A program made the translations under genes and the position numbers. Of a DNA stretch of 64,000 nucleotides, positions 1 to 10,930 are shown one piece after another. Below the pieces are notes generated by a model, which saw only the letters and a program-made list of their open reading frames with translations, made no database searches and was not told the origin of the DNA. The stretch is from an uncultured Desulfospira sp. (GTDB lineage Bacteria; Desulfobacterota; Desulfobacteria; Desulfobacterales; Desulfobacteraceae), in contig OY760175.1 of the NCBI GenBank assembly GCA_963663165.1, positions 6,176,001-6,240,000 on the forward strand, given 5' to 3'. How positions within the stretch are numbered: the stretch's first letter is position 1; each line of letters opens with the position of its first letter.

Positions 1-251
1 TCCTTTCTTCACGGTTTTTATGATTTTTCGTCGCGTTTTATCATTTTTTACTTGTTTTATCCGGCAAATTTATGTAACTTTTACGAAAAGTTAATCTGAC
101 GAATAAATTATCGATTCTCCAGCGACATGCAGGCTCTAAGTGGATTTTTATCTTAATAATTTAAGTCAATAACACAACCCCATGGCCGTTTATCTCCTGG
201 ATCAGCAGGAGGTTTTAATATTTTAAAAATATAACTTAAGGAGCTATGATC

Positions 252-1142
252 ATGAAAAAATGTATTTTCCCTCTGGTAATCGTCTTTATTCTTTTTATTG
301 CCCAGACCGGCTTTGCAGCAGGCGCTCTTAAAATAGGGGTCCTGGCCAAAAACGGACCGGTAAAGGCCCTGAAGATGTGGGGGGCCACCGGGAAATATCT
401 GACGGAAAAAGTCGGCACGCCCTTTGAAATTGTCCCGTTGGATTTTAATGCGGTGTTCCCGGCCATAGAAGCGGGAAATGTCGAATTTTTTCTGGTGAAT
501 TCATCCATGTTTGTTACGGCCAAGGCGAAATACGGGGCATCAGCCATCGCCACCATGATCAATTCAAGGCAGGGAAAGCCGTTGAAAGCTTTTGGCGGCG
601 TTATTCTGACCAGTGATGAAAATGAGGACATCAACTCATTGGCGGACCTGAAAGGCAAAACGTTTGCAGCGGTTGCCAAATCCTCCTTTGGCGGCTGGCA
701 GATGGCCTATATGGAACTGTTGAACCAGGGCATTGACCCATTCAGCGATTTTCCCGAAGTCCAATTCGCCGGCAAACACGATAATGTAGTCCTGGCTATC
801 CAGAATGGTGCTGCAGACGCCGGAACCGTGAGAACAGACACCATGGAACGGATGCAGGCTGCCGGCGTTATCGACATGGAAGATTTTAAAATTCTCAACG
901 CCCAGTCCCATAGCGGGTTCCCCTTTGTATGCAGCACACCGCTGTATCCGGAATGGCCCCTGGCCAAAATCAGTGCCGTATCCGATGATGTGGCCGCCAA
1001 GGTCTTAGCCGCCCTCAAGGAGATCAAAGAAACAGACCTGGCTGCAAAGGATGCCAAGATCGTCGGCTGGAGCGATGCTCTGGATTACCAGGGGGTTGAA
1101 GACCTTCAGCGGACACTTAAGATCGGTGCGTATCAGGAATAG
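252..1142 (+). CDS. Phosphate/phosphite/phosphonate-type periplasmic substrate-binding protein (PhnD-like)
   Basis: Signal peptide; SSFGG and HDNVV..ADAG motifs typical of the PhnD family; AAGGAG at 238-243 favours ATG 252 over 246. Confidence 0.8.
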   Translation: MKKCIFPLVIVFILFIAQTGFAAGALKIGVLAKNGPVKALKMWGATGKYLTEKVGTPFEIVPLDFNAVFPAIEAGNVEFFLVNSSMFVTAKAKYGASAIATMINSRQGKPLKAFGGVILTSDENEDINSLADLKGKTFAAVAKSSFGGWQMAYMELLNQGIDPFSDFPEVQFAGKHDNVVLAIQNGAADAGTVRTDTMERMQAAGVIDMEDFKILNAQSHSGFPFVCSTPLYPEWPLAKISAVSDDVAAKVLAALKEIKETDLAAKDAKIVGWSDALDYQGVEDLQRTLKIGAYQE

Positions 1143-1204
1143 GTTCAGCCGTTGATGGTTTTCGGGTTAAACGTTGTATTTCATCCTAAGGAGAAGTTAA
1201 GACC

Positions 1205-3247
1205 ATGACAGCACAACATTCAGACGCTAAAGCTCCCCCCCAAGGCGGCCGTCTCTGGATAAAGCTTCTGATCCCGCTTACGGCCATTCTTGCGGTGGCA
1301 CTTTTAGGGTTGTCTTTGATCATTATTTCGACCCAAAGCAACTCCCTGAGCGACATGGGACTGAAGATTCAGGGAATGCTTACTGAGTCGGGCGATATCG
1401 TTGATAAAGACTTAAAGAAGATGGAGTCGGGTGTGACCATGGAAATGGGACAAATGGCCCAGACCGCAACCGACCACCTGACAAAGTCCTGTAAAGAATC
1501 CTTAAACCGGATCAAAACAGACATTGAGACAGCATGGATGGGAACCGTTGATGAGGATGCCAATGCCCAGGCAGAGCTGCTGGCCAATGTTGCGCCGCCA
1601 GCCATTTTAAACAACGATTACACGGCCCTGCTGGGCTATGTCAAATCCGCCTGTTCCAATCCAAGCGTGGTATATACCCTGTATTTGAGAGAAAACGGAA
1701 AACCTTACATCAAATACTTTGACATGGCAAACGAGAAAGTTAAATCCTATATTGAAAGCGGTCAGGGAAAGAAAAAGCATGATAAAGTTCTGGATGCCTC
1801 GTCAAAAGATCCGGATGTGTATATCGTCCAGAAGGAGATCAAACTGGAAGGCAAAGCCCTGGGCACCATCGTTTTATGTATTGATAAAACCGGGATCAAT
1901 AACAAAATAAAAAAGATGTCCACTGAATTTGAGGCCCTTATTTCAGGCAATTCACAAAAAATTCAGACCGTGCTTCAACAAGAATCCCGTGTGGTGGTTT
2001 CCGGCATCAGCAGTATCATCAAAGATGTGGCCAAAAGCAATGGGGCCGTGGTCTCAAAGACCAACACCAGTATTGATGAATGCAGCCGCCAGGCCAAAAA
2101 TCAGACCAGAATCCGGCTGGCCGTCATGGGGGTGGTCTGCTGTGTGCTCATTTTGGCTTTGGCCTTTCTGCTGCTTCAGACCCTGGTCATTGCCCCGGTG
2201 AAAAAGATTTCTCAGGGGTTAAAGAACATTGCTTCCGGAGAGGGTGACTTAACCCAGCGGATCCGGATCAAAAACAAGGATGAACTGGGCGAACTGGTCT
2301 ACTGGTTCAATGCATTTATCCAGCGCTTGAACAACATTATCGTTGACATCGGTGCCAATTCCGAAACCGTTACCGAGGCCTCGGAAGAGCTGGTGGCCGT
2401 GTCCAGCCATATGGCCGATGATGCAAAGGACCTGCTTGGCCGGGCCGGTACGGTTACCGGGGCGTCCGAAACCATGAGCACCAATATCAGTTCAGTGGCG
2501 GCCACCTCAAACCAGGTGGCCAGCAATGTGGGATCTGTGGCCGATTCTGCGGCCCTGATGCAGTCCACGTTCCAGGATGTGGTGAAAAACTGCGAGCATG
2601 CCCAGCAAATTTCAGATGAGGCGGCTACCCAGGTCAATCAGGCCACGGAGCGCGTGGAACACCTTGGGGTTTCAGCCAAGGATATTTCAAGGGTGACCGA
2701 GGCCATTACCGACATTGCGGAACAGACCAACCTGCTGGCCCTGAACGCCACCATAGAATCGGCCAGGGCAGGAGAGGCCGGCAAAGGGTTCGCCGTTGTG
2801 GCAGGGGAGATCAAAAGCCTGGCCGAACAGACGGCCCAGGCCACCAACGACATCCGGGACAAGGTGATTGAAATTCAAAATTCAACAGACAATACCGTGG
2901 ATGACGTCAAGAAAATATCCAGTGTTATTTTCAAGGTGAACGAAATCGTCTCCACCATTGTGAACGCCATGGAGGATCAGTTTTCGTCGGCCGCACAAAT
3001 GGCCCAGAACATGGAGCAGGCTTCAGCCGGTATCAGCGAGGTCAGTGCCAATATCACCTCAAGCTCTGAAGTGTCATCCCAGATTGCAACGGATATTTCC
3101 AGTGTGAACTCCGTATCCGAAGCCATCTCACAAAAGAGCAGCCAGATGAACGAGAACGCCCGGAACCTGGCCGACTTGTCCATCAAGCTAAAGGATATGA
3201 TTTCCGTTTTCAAAGTGTCCAAAGACGAATCCGAATCAGAGGCATAA
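1205..3247 (+). CDS. Methyl-accepting chemotaxis protein
   Basis: Two TM segments, HAMP (GDLT..DELGEL), signalling hairpin [30 protein letters not shown]. Confidence 0.95.
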   Translation: MTAQHSDAKAPPQGGRLWIKLLIPLTAILAVALLGLSLIIISTQSNSLSDMGLKIQGMLTESGDIVDKDLKKMESGVTMEMGQMAQTATDHLTKSCKESLNRIKTDIETAWMGTVDEDANAQAELLANVAPPAILNNDYTALLGYVKSACSNPSVVYTLYLRENGKPYIKYFDMANEKVKSYIESGQGKKKHDKVLDASSKDPDVYIVQKEIKLEGKALGTIVLCIDKTGINNKIKKMSTEFEALISGNSQKIQTVLQQESRVVVSGISSIIKDVAKSNGAVVSKTNTSIDECSRQAKNQTRIRLAVMGVVCCVLILALAFLLLQTLVIAPVKKISQGLKNIASGEGDLTQRIRIKNKDELGELVYWFNAFIQRLNNIIVDIGANSETVTEASEELVAVSSHMADDAKDLLGRAGTVTGASETMSTNISSVAATSNQVASNVGSVADSAALMQSTFQDVVKNCEHAQQISDEAATQVNQATERVEHLGVSAKDISRVTEAITDIAEQTNLLALNATIESARAGEAGKGFAVVAGEIKSLAEQTAQATNDIRDKVIEIQNSTDNTVDDVKKISSVIFKVNEIVSTIVNAMEDQFSSAAQMAQNMEQASAGISEVSANITSSSEVSSQIATDISSVNSVSEAISQKSSQMNENARNLADLSIKLKDMISVFKVSKDESESEA

Positions 3248-3257
3248 GCCTTATTTA

Positions 3258-3382
3258 GTGTTTGGGCGAAAAGTGGCCCAGATGCAAGGCGTAAAAAAAA
3301 TTGCAACCGGAGCAACCTTAAGGTTGTGAGGATTGCAATTTTTTTTGCAACGCAGCAGATGGGTGACTTTTCGTTCAAACAC
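3258..3382. repeat. ~125-bp imperfect palindromic repeat, family A copy 1
   Basis: Ends GTGTTTGGGCGAAAAGTGGCCCAGATGC / GCAGATGGGTGACTTTTCGTTCAAACAC; other copies at 17199, 55099, 61203. Confidence 0.9.
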
Positions 3383-5372
3383 CGGTCACCACCCGGTCTC
3401 TGCCGGTTTCCTTGGCCTTATACAGGGCCTTATCCGCCACGGCCACAAGGGCATCTTTGTTTTTGATGCCCTTTTTATATTCACTGACCCCGGCACTCAC
3501 CGACAAGGTCAGGCCCGGGAACCGGTCCGCCAACAGGTCCCCTAACCTTCGGACCTCTTTTCTGACCCTTTCGGCATAGGCTGCGGCCTTGTCAAGGCTG
3601 GTGCCGTTAAGAACCACAATGAATTCTTCCCCGCCGTACCGGCCCACATGATCTGATGGCCTGGAGATTTTTTTCAAGGTCTTGGAAATCAGCTTGAGGA
3701 TGACATCCCCGGCCTGGTGCCCGAAGGTGTCGTTGAATTTTTTGAAAAAATCCACGTCAATCATGACCAGGGAAAGGGGCTGCTCCCCTTTAACCGCCTT
3801 GTTAAACCCTTCAGTCAACAGCTTGTCTATGGTCATCCGGTTGAGCAGGCCGGTAAGGCCGTCCCGCATGGAAATGGATCGGGCTTCGCTGTAGGCGGTG
3901 GCGTTTTCAAGGGCCATGCCCAGCTCGTTGCCCACAATGCCGATAATGGAAAAGATATTGGACGGGATGGATTTTTTGGACCGGGCATGGTCCATTCCCA
4001 GAATTCCCACCACCTTGTTCCGGCTGCAAAAGGGAACCAGCAGCATTTCATGGGCATTAAATGCCTCAAGAATGTCCCGGTCCCCGGCGGTTTGCCCGTT
4101 AACCAGGACCGGCTCTTTGTTTCGAAGACATTGGATTAAGCCTTTGGCCTTTTTATGCAAAGCGACCTGAACCGATAAAAGGCCTTGGGCCGGTTCTCCT
4201 TTTTCAAGGCAGTTGACCACGGTTAACTGCCGGGAGGGCATTACCGGCTTTAAAAAGTAGATCCGGTCAAACTTGAAATCATTATAAATGGCTTTCAGGG
4301 TTTCCTGGATAACCGTTTCAGGGTCAAGGCTTCGGTGGGGGGCGGTGATGCTTTCCATGACGGCCTGGGATTTGTGGCTGTTGGCCGCCAGTGCCGCACC
4401 GTTAAAATAGACCTTGGAACTGATGGCACTTAATTTCAGGTTGGCCTGGAGAAGGTTTTCCCTGAACTGGCTGGAAGAGGGGAACACAAAATTATAAAAC
4501 TGTGCGGTCCGCTCCATTTCCCGGTCCATTTTCTGAATGATCCGTTTAAAGTTGACTTCAAAAAGGGGGATGTGCCGGGTGACTTCCGGCTGGAGGACCG
4601 GGGGATGATTGATGTCCAGGGAGCCGATTCCCTGGGTCCATGCCAGAAAATTGGCCAGGGCGACAATGGAGATGAGCATGGCCTCGTCATCTGACAGGTC
4701 CAGATGCTCAAACCGCCGGTGATGGGTGTTGATCACCAGGGTCAGGGCTTCGGGCAGATGCCAGGCATGGCTGTAATAAGCCCCGATGTCGTCATGGCCC
4801 ATTCCCATGATGTCCCGTTCTTCATCAATGACCTGCCCGTGGCAGGCCGCGGCATTGGCTACAAATTCACCATAGTTGACGCAGCCTTGAAGGTCAAAAA
4901 TGATCTTGCCGAAATCGTGCAAAAGCCCAGCCATATAGGCCTCTTCCAGGGCCGGGTATTGGACTTCCTCGGCAATGGCCCGGCCAAGGCAGGCCACACA
5001 CAGGCAGTGGCGCCAGAAAAAGGCCCGGTGAAAGCTTTTAATTTTTCCGGGCCGGATCATTTTTTCAAACACAGAGGCTTTCAGGGAAATATTTTTAACC
5101 TCGTCAACCCCTAAGAAGATAATGGCTTCGGTAACATCGGTAATGGTTCTTTTAAGGCCGAAAAACGCTGAATTGACAATGCTTAACACCCTGGTGGAGA
5201 TGCCCGGGTCCGTTTCCACCAGTTTGGATAAGTCTTCCATATTGGTCTGGTTGCTGTTGCAAAGCGCCAGCAGTTTGGTCATTACCGGGGGAAAGCTCGG
5301 GACTTCCTTAACGTCAAATTTCAACACTTTCTCAACATCTTCCGCCAAAGGAAGAATGAGGCGATCATTCAT
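3375..5372 (-). CDS. HDOD-GAF-GGDEF diguanylate cyclase
   Basis: N-terminal HDOD (LLHDFGK), central GAF-like region, RxxD I-site (RPSD) and RYGGEEF. Confidence 0.9.
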   Translation of the reverse strand: MNDRLILPLAEDVEKVLKFDVKEVPSFPPVMTKLLALCNSNQTNMEDLSKLVETDPGISTRVLSIVNSAFFGLKRTITDVTEAIIFLGVDEVKNISLKASVFEKMIRPGKIKSFHRAFFWRHCLCVACLGRAIAEEVQYPALEEAYMAGLLHDFGKIIFDLQGCVNYGEFVANAAACHGQVIDEERDIMGMGHDDIGAYYSHAWHLPEALTLVINTHHRRFEHLDLSDDEAMLISIVALANFLAWTQGIGSLDINHPPVLQPEVTRHIPLFEVNFKRIIQKMDREMERTAQFYNFVFPSSSQFRENLLQANLKLSAISSKVYFNGAALAANSHKSQAVMESITAPHRSLDPETVIQETLKAIYNDFKFDRIYFLKPVMPSRQLTVVNCLEKGEPAQGLLSVQVALHKKAKGLIQCLRNKEPVLVNGQTAGDRDILEAFNAHEMLLVPFCSRNKVVGILGMDHARSKKSIPSNIFSIIGIVGNELGMALENATAYSEARSISMRDGLTGLLNRMTIDKLLTEGFNKAVKGEQPLSLVMIDVDFFKKFNDTFGHQAGDVILKLISKTLKKISRPSDHVGRYGGEEFIVVLNGTSLDKAAAYAERVRKEVRRLGDLLADRFPGLTLSVSAGVSEYKKGIKNKDALVAVADKALYKAKETGRDRVVTGV

Positions 5373-5538
5373 GGTGGGGGGTCTCCAAAAGAAAGTCTTG
5401 TCTTTAATCCATACAGCCGGTTAATGTTAAGGGGTTTCTCCCTGTTACGTCTATCATGGGTTTGCGCGCTTTACAAACAGCCAGATGCTATGTTGACTTT
5501 ATGGTTGTATCATTTTCCCCGGACTTGTTCAAACAGGA

Positions 5539-6501
5539 TTAAAAAATAGCGGACAGGTCGTTGAGCAATTCAACTGTCCCCCTGTAGGGCCTGCCTGTCA
5601 TAAGGCCGGGCCCTGAAGCGGAAAAGCGCAGCAGGATGGTGTTAAGTTCGTCGGGAATGTAGGGGAACAGTTTTTTAAGGTTCATGACCCGGTGGGGATA
5701 CATCAGGGACATGTCCGTCCCTTCTAAAGCGGACGTGAAATCCGGGTATGCTTCGGGCGTGTTCCGGATATTGTCCAAAGCGTGCCGCCCCTTGCCCACC
5801 ACCTGCTGCAAGACATTGCCCAGGCAGACCACATCCAGGTCAGGGCCGCTCATATCGTAGTCAAAATCGATCCAGGAAAGGGAAGAGAGCCTTTCCGTCC
5901 ACATCAGGTGATCGGCCCGGATATCCCCGTGGTGAAGGCCTGTTTCATGGAGTTTCGCGATGGCGGCCATACTTTCCAGGAACCGGGCCATGACCTGGGG
6001 GAACAGGGTGTCGAAATACGCCCTGTGGGACAGGTCAAGATCCCGCAGGTACTGGTAAAGAGACGGGCCGGGCAGAGGGTCCAGAATCCGGACCACGTTG
6101 CCGGCCCTGTCCTTAACCCACTTCCCCTGCATGAAATTGGGATGCCCGGTTACGGCGTCCAGAACAGCGGCCTCTTTTTCCGGGCTGCGGATGCAGTTAA
6201 ATGTCAGGGGGCCGATGCGCCCCTTAAACGTCTCCCTGAACACCAGCTTCACGATTTTCCGGGTATTGCTGTCAAGGTCCAGGGTCTTTTTCACCCAGAA
6301 CTTGGGTTGGTCGTCAATGCCGAATCGGCCTTCCCTGGCATGCCGGACAACCAGGTGGTCGCTGTTTCCCAGCCGCATCACGTCTCCCGGGGCAATGGAC
6401 ATGAACTGTGTGGTATCTTCAAAAACCCGGGGAGGTCTGCGGATATCCCTTCCTGTAAGTTGCCGGATTCTGCCGGACAGATCCGATCCCTGATATCCCA
6501 T
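5539..6501 (-). CDS. Atypical Ser/Thr protein kinase-fold protein
   Basis: IVKLV, HHGDIRADH catalytic loop, IDFDY (DFG-like). Confidence 0.7.
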   Translation of the reverse strand: MGYQGSDLSGRIRQLTGRDIRRPPRVFEDTTQFMSIAPGDVMRLGNSDHLVVRHAREGRFGIDDQPKFWVKKTLDLDSNTRKIVKLVFRETFKGRIGPLTFNCIRSPEKEAAVLDAVTGHPNFMQGKWVKDRAGNVVRILDPLPGPSLYQYLRDLDLSHRAYFDTLFPQVMARFLESMAAIAKLHETGLHHGDIRADHLMWTERLSSLSWIDFDYDMSGPDLDVVCLGNVLQQVVGKGRHALDNIRNTPEAYPDFTSALEGTDMSLMYPHRVMNLKKLFPYIPDELNTILLRFSASGPGLMTGRPYRGTVELLNDLSAIF

Positions 6502-6543
6502 GGCCCCTCCTGTTGATGAGTGAATGCCTTAACTATAGGACCA

Positions 6544-6558
6544 GCAATTCCCATGCCA
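6544..6558 (-). promoter_or_regulatory. Sigma-54 (-24/-12) promoter upstream of the kinase gene
   Basis: Minus strand TGGCATGGGAATTGC = GG-N10-GC, close to consensus TGGCAC-N5-TTGC, about 45 bp before the ATG. Confidence 0.7.
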
Positions 6559-6729
6559 GCAAACCGGCCATGGCAGGCCAAATACCCGGGTAGCGGGATC
6601 CTTTCCAGGCAAGGATTTTCAGCGGCCCTTGGTTGAAGCCTTACGGCCCGGATGGGATAAGGCCGCAAAAAAATCCAACGGTCTGTCCGTTTTTTTTACG
6701 TCAGGGTCCGGTTTTCAGGGGATGGGGGT

Positions 6730-6853
6730 CAATGTCATTAACTTAAGCGTTAATACAAGAAACTGGAAACAAGAGACAAGAGGGTGAAGCGCCGTTGGCG
6801 CCCATTTTATAACCCCTGCGCGCTATGCCAAATTTCTTAAGTTAATGGCATTG
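6730..6853. mobile_element. 124-bp MITE, family B copy 1 (IS4-family-like ends)
   Basis: TIR CAATGTCATTAACTTAAG / CTTAAGTTAATGGCATTG; 10-bp TSD GGATGGGGGT (6720-6729, 6854-6863); apparently identical copy at 38926. Confidence 0.9.
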
Positions 6854-6862
6854 GGATGGGGG

Positions 6863-7993
6863 TTACACTGACCGCCGGCGGAACATCCAGGCGGACAGGG
6901 GCAGGGTGACGGCGGCCATGATCAGCAGCGGCCATATCCGGGGCCAGACCATGGCAAGGTTGGCGCCTTCCAGGAAGATGCTGCGCAGGGCCGCCACAAT
7001 ATGGCAGACCGGGTTGACCACGTCGGCCTGCCTGAGCCAGGGTGGCATGTTCTCCACAGGGGTGGCAATCCCCGAAAGGATGATGGCCGGCATCATAAAC
7101 AAAAATGCGCCCAGAAGTCCCTGCTGCATGGTGGTGGAAAGGGATGACACCAGAAGGCCCACCCCCACAATGGAGATGATAAAACTAAGCAGGGCAATGA
7201 CCAGGGCGGCCGGGGTGCCCCTGAAGGGAATATCAAACCAGAACACCGCACCGGCGGCAAAGATAAGGGCATCGGCCATGCCAAAGAAAATGCCGGGCAG
7301 GGCTTTGCCCGTCAGAATTTCCCATGGGCTGAACGGGGCCACCAGCAGCTGGTCAAAGGTGCCGAATTCCCGTTCCCGGGCAACGGACAAGCTGGTGAGA
7401 ATCATTACCACCACCATGCTGATGATCCCGCCAAGGGCCGATACAATATACCACCGGCTGCTCAGGTTCTGATTGAACCATGCCCGCTCCACCAGCCTGA
7501 GGGCCGGGCCGTTTTGCCGGGTAATGCCCTGGTCTGACAGCGTTTGGTTGAAATTTTCCACAATGGATCCCAGGTATCCTAAGGCAATCATGGAGACATT
7601 GGGGGTTCTGCCGTCTGCGATGACCTGGATGTCCACCGGCTGCGCCTTGTAAAGGTTTGTTTCAAACTGCGGGCCGATGTGGATCACCAACCGGGCCTTT
7701 TCATTATTGATGGTTTGGGCCGCCTGCTGGCTGCCTGACAGGAAACCGGTCAGGTTGAACTTTCCGGAACCTTCCACATCAGCCAGAAAAGCCCTGGAAA
7801 GCACGGATCGGGATTCATCCCATACCGCATACCGCACATTTTCAAGGTCAAAGGTGGCGGCATAGCCAAACACAAAAAACTGGATAAGGGGCGGTACGAT
7901 GATGACAAACCGGCTTTTGGGGTCCTTGATGATAATGGCAAACTCTTTGGCCGCCAATGCAATTAAGCGTCGTATGGTTTTCATGGGGATCAA
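6863..7993 (-). CDS. ABC-2 transporter permease (YbhR-like)
   Basis: AREREFGTFDQLLVAP motif, six TM segments, operon context. Confidence 0.9.
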   Translation of the reverse strand: MIPMKTIRRLIALAAKEFAIIIKDPKSRFVIIVPPLIQFFVFGYAATFDLENVRYAVWDESRSVLSRAFLADVEGSGKFNLTGFLSGSQQAAQTINNEKARLVIHIGPQFETNLYKAQPVDIQVIADGRTPNVSMIALGYLGSIVENFNQTLSDQGITRQNGPALRLVERAWFNQNLSSRWYIVSALGGIISMVVVMILTSLSVAREREFGTFDQLLVAPFSPWEILTGKALPGIFFGMADALIFAAGAVFWFDIPFRGTPAALVIALLSFIISIVGVGLLVSSLSTTMQQGLLGAFLFMMPAIILSGIATPVENMPPWLRQADVVNPVCHIVAALRSIFLEGANLAMVWPRIWPLLIMAAVTLPLSAWMFRRRSV

Positions 7994-9117
7994 AGCCTCT
8001 TGGAAATTTTCCGGTAAGAAAGGGTCAAAAACAGCACGGCCATCAACGCCAGGACCAGGGCATTGGGCAGCAGCACCGGCCAGACGTCCCCGGCCGCAAA
8101 CAGGGTATGGCTGATGGTGACAAAATAACGGGCAGGGAAAATATAGCTGATATACTGGATCACCCTGGGGGTGGATTCCAGATCAAAAATCAGGCCGGAA
8201 AGGAAAAAAGCCGGCAAAAAACCGGCCACAATGGAGATCTGGGCCGCCACAAACTGGATTCGGATGGCAGCGGATAACAACAGCCCGAACCCCAGGCAGG
8301 TCAGCATGAAAAGGGAACTGAGCAGGATCAGTGCTCCGACAGAGCCCCTGAAGGGCACGTCAAACAGGACGGTGCCCACCGCTACGGACATGCCCATGCC
8401 CAGCATTCCCAGGACATAATAGGGCAGGGTTTTGCCCAGCAGGATGTCTATCTTTCGCAAGGGGGTGACCAGCATGGCCTCCATGGTTCCCCGTTCCCAT
8501 TCCCGGGCAATGACCAGGGCGGTTAAGAGGATGCCGATCAGGGTCATGATCAGGGTGATCAGCCCTGGAATCAAAAAATACCGGCTTACGGCCGCCTCAT
8601 TAAACCAGATGCGCGGGGATATGGTTACCATGGCCCCGGCGGCCGGTTTCCCCTGTGCCAGGCGCTGGGCCGCCCACAGGTTTCCAATGGTTTTACCGTA
8701 CCCTTCAATGAGCCGCGCCCGGTTGGCGTCAATTCCGTTCAGGATCAGCTGCACCGGTGATGGGGAGCCGGTCTCAAGGCGGGAAGTAAAATCGTTTTGA
8801 ATTAAGATGATCCCGTCGGCAGCCCGGTTTTGGATCATGACCCTGGCCTGTGCCATGTTCCGGACCGGGCGGATCTCGAAGTTGGGTGACAGGGCAAACC
8901 GGGCCGCAAGGTCCCGGGACATGGCCCCCCGGTCCTCATTGACCAGGGCCAGGGGCACATGCTCCGCATCCAGGCTCACGCCGTAGCCAAAAATGATAAG
9001 CAGGACCAGGGGCATGACCATGGCCAGAATAATGGAACTGGGATCCCTCAGTATTTGAAGGGTTTCTTTGCGCAGCACCCCGTAAAGGCGCATGATGAAA
9101 CGTCTCATGGCAGGCAT
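7990..9117 (-). CDS. ABC-2 transporter permease (YbhS-like)
   Basis: AREWERGTMEAMLVTP motif. Confidence 0.9.
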   Translation of the reverse strand: MPAMRRFIMRLYGVLRKETLQILRDPSSIILAMVMPLVLLIIFGYGVSLDAEHVPLALVNEDRGAMSRDLAARFALSPNFEIRPVRNMAQARVMIQNRAADGIILIQNDFTSRLETGSPSPVQLILNGIDANRARLIEGYGKTIGNLWAAQRLAQGKPAAGAMVTISPRIWFNEAAVSRYFLIPGLITLIMTLIGILLTALVIAREWERGTMEAMLVTPLRKIDILLGKTLPYYVLGMLGMGMSVAVGTVLFDVPFRGSVGALILLSSLFMLTCLGFGLLLSAAIRIQFVAAQISIVAGFLPAFFLSGLIFDLESTPRVIQYISYIFPARYFVTISHTLFAAGDVWPVLLPNALVLALMAVLFLTLSYRKISKRL

Positions 9118-10925
9118 TCCTTTTCCGGTTCGAGGTTGTCATCGGGACCGCTGTGTTGAGCCAAAGCCGTTCCCATGGCCAGGGCAATAAACGCATCATC
9201 CATGGTGGGCCGGGGGTTTTCCGGGGTCCGGGCCAGGCGCCGGATCTGCCCCGGCGTGCCCATGGCCAGGGTCTGTCCCTTGCTCATGATGAGCATGCGG
9301 TCACAGTATTCGGCTTCCTCCATGAAATGGGTGGTGACGATCACGGTCACCCCCTGTTCGGCAAATCCGTTGATCCTGAGCCAGAACTCTCTGCGGGCAA
9401 AGGGGTCCACCCCTGAGGTGGGTTCGTCCAAAAACAGGATATCCGGTTCATGGAGCAGGGCGGCAGCCATGGAAAGCCGCTGTTTGTAACCGCCGGGAAG
9501 ATCCTGGGCCGCCTTTTTTTCCCATGCGTTAAGGCCGAATTCTTCAAAAGCCCAGCCGATCCGGGCCGATAGTTGTTTTCTTGAAAGGCCGTAGGATTTG
9601 CCGAAAAATTCAAGGTTTCCCCTTACGCTGAGCTGGCCGTAAAGGGAGAACTGCTGGGCCATGTACCCCAAGCGGGCCCGGGCCTTTGCCCGGGATGTTC
9701 TCAAGTTCCGTCCGGCCACCCGGATGTCTCCTGCGCTGGCCGGTAAAAGTCCGCAGAGCATGCGAAAGGTGGTGCTTTTGCCAGCCCCGTTAGGGCCTAA
9801 AAGCCCGAAAATTTCCCCCTGCTTTACCGTAAAGCTCAGATCGTTGACCGCAGTGAAGCTGCCAAACCGTTTGCACAGGTGATCCGTACGGACAAGGGCA
9901 TCTCGATCCGGAATTTCAGGATTTCGATGCCCTGTGCCGGCCACGGGTTCTATACGGGCCTCCTGGTTGGGGATCAGGGCCATGAAGGCATCTTCAAATT
10001 CTGGAGATGCCGTTAAAATTCTGCCGCCCCGGCCGTTTAAAATTGCTGCAATCCGCTCCTTTCCGGCGGTTTTGCCAACAGGTTCCGTCACCACCCGGAC
10101 CCGGCCGGACCGGATGGTGGCATCCACAATGCCGTTTTCCCCGGCAAGGCGGGTATAGATCTGCCGGGGCCGGGCCTGTTCATCGGGTTCCACCAGAAAA
10201 ACCCGTTGTGCCATGGCGGCGGTAAATTCCCGGGGCAGTCCCTGGGCCAACAGACGGCCATGGTCCATGACCAGCACTTTCCCGCAGCTTTGGGCTTCAT
10301 CCATATAGGCGGTGGCGGCCAGCACGCCGATGCCGTCGTTTTCAACCAGCTCATAGACGATTTTCCACAGTTCGCGCCGAGACACGGGATCCACGCCCAC
10401 GGTGGGTTCATCCAGGAGCAACAGTTCAGGAGACTTGACCAGGGCGCAGGCAAGGCCGAGCTTTTGTTTCATGCCGCCGGACAATGCCCCGGCCCGGCGC
10501 CGGGTGTACCGGGAAAGATCGGTCATGGACAGCAGCCTTTCAAACCGGGCCTTTCGTTTGTTTAAGGCAACCCCTTGCAGATCGGCATAGAGCCTGAGGT
10601 TTTCCAAAACCGTCAGGTCCTGGTAAAGGCCGAATTTCTGGGGCATATACCCCACCCGGCTCTGGATTTTAAGCGCGTTGGCCACACTGTCCAGACCCAG
10701 CAGGGTCATTTTTCCGGAACTTGGCGCCAGAAGCCCTGCGGCAATGCGGATCAGGGTGGTCTTCCCAGCCCCGTCCGCCCCTACAAGGCCGGTGATAAGG
10801 CCCGGCTCAACTGTGAAATTCACGTCATCCAGGGCCTTTATTTCCCGGCTGCCCTTGACCGCAAAGGTTTTGTTCAAGGCTGTGGCACACAGGACCACAT
10901 TGGGGGTATGGGGTAAAGGGGCCAT
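9105..10925 (-). CDS. ABC transporter ATP-binding protein with two NBDs (YbhF-like)
   Basis: Two Walker A (GADGAGKT, GPNGAGKS), LSGGMKQK, DEPT motifs. Confidence 0.92.
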   Translation of the reverse strand: MAPLPHTPNVVLCATALNKTFAVKGSREIKALDDVNFTVEPGLITGLVGADGAGKTTLIRIAAGLLAPSSGKMTLLGLDSVANALKIQSRVGYMPQKFGLYQDLTVLENLRLYADLQGVALNKRKARFERLLSMTDLSRYTRRRAGALSGGMKQKLGLACALVKSPELLLLDEPTVGVDPVSRRELWKIVYELVENDGIGVLAATAYMDEAQSCGKVLVMDHGRLLAQGLPREFTAAMAQRVFLVEPDEQARPRQIYTRLAGENGIVDATIRSGRVRVVTEPVGKTAGKERIAAILNGRGGRILTASPEFEDAFMALIPNQEARIEPVAGTGHRNPEIPDRDALVRTDHLCKRFGSFTAVNDLSFTVKQGEIFGLLGPNGAGKSTTFRMLCGLLPASAGDIRVAGRNLRTSRAKARARLGYMAQQFSLYGQLSVRGNLEFFGKSYGLSRKQLSARIGWAFEEFGLNAWEKKAAQDLPGGYKQRLSMAAALLHEPDILFLDEPTSGVDPFARREFWLRINGFAEQGVTVIVTTHFMEEAEYCDRMLIMSKGQTLAMGTPGQIRRLARTPENPRPTMDDAFIALAMGTALAQHSGPDDNLEPEKECLP

Positions 10926-10930
10926 GGTGT

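Noticed and set aside
60..215. Possible c-di-GMP riboswitch upstream of the SBP-MCP genes (GGCAAA...CGAAA)
   Set aside because: Lacks the GACGCAAA and second-stem pattern; only a short palindrome TAACTTTT-ACG-AAAAGTTA (75-93) is visible
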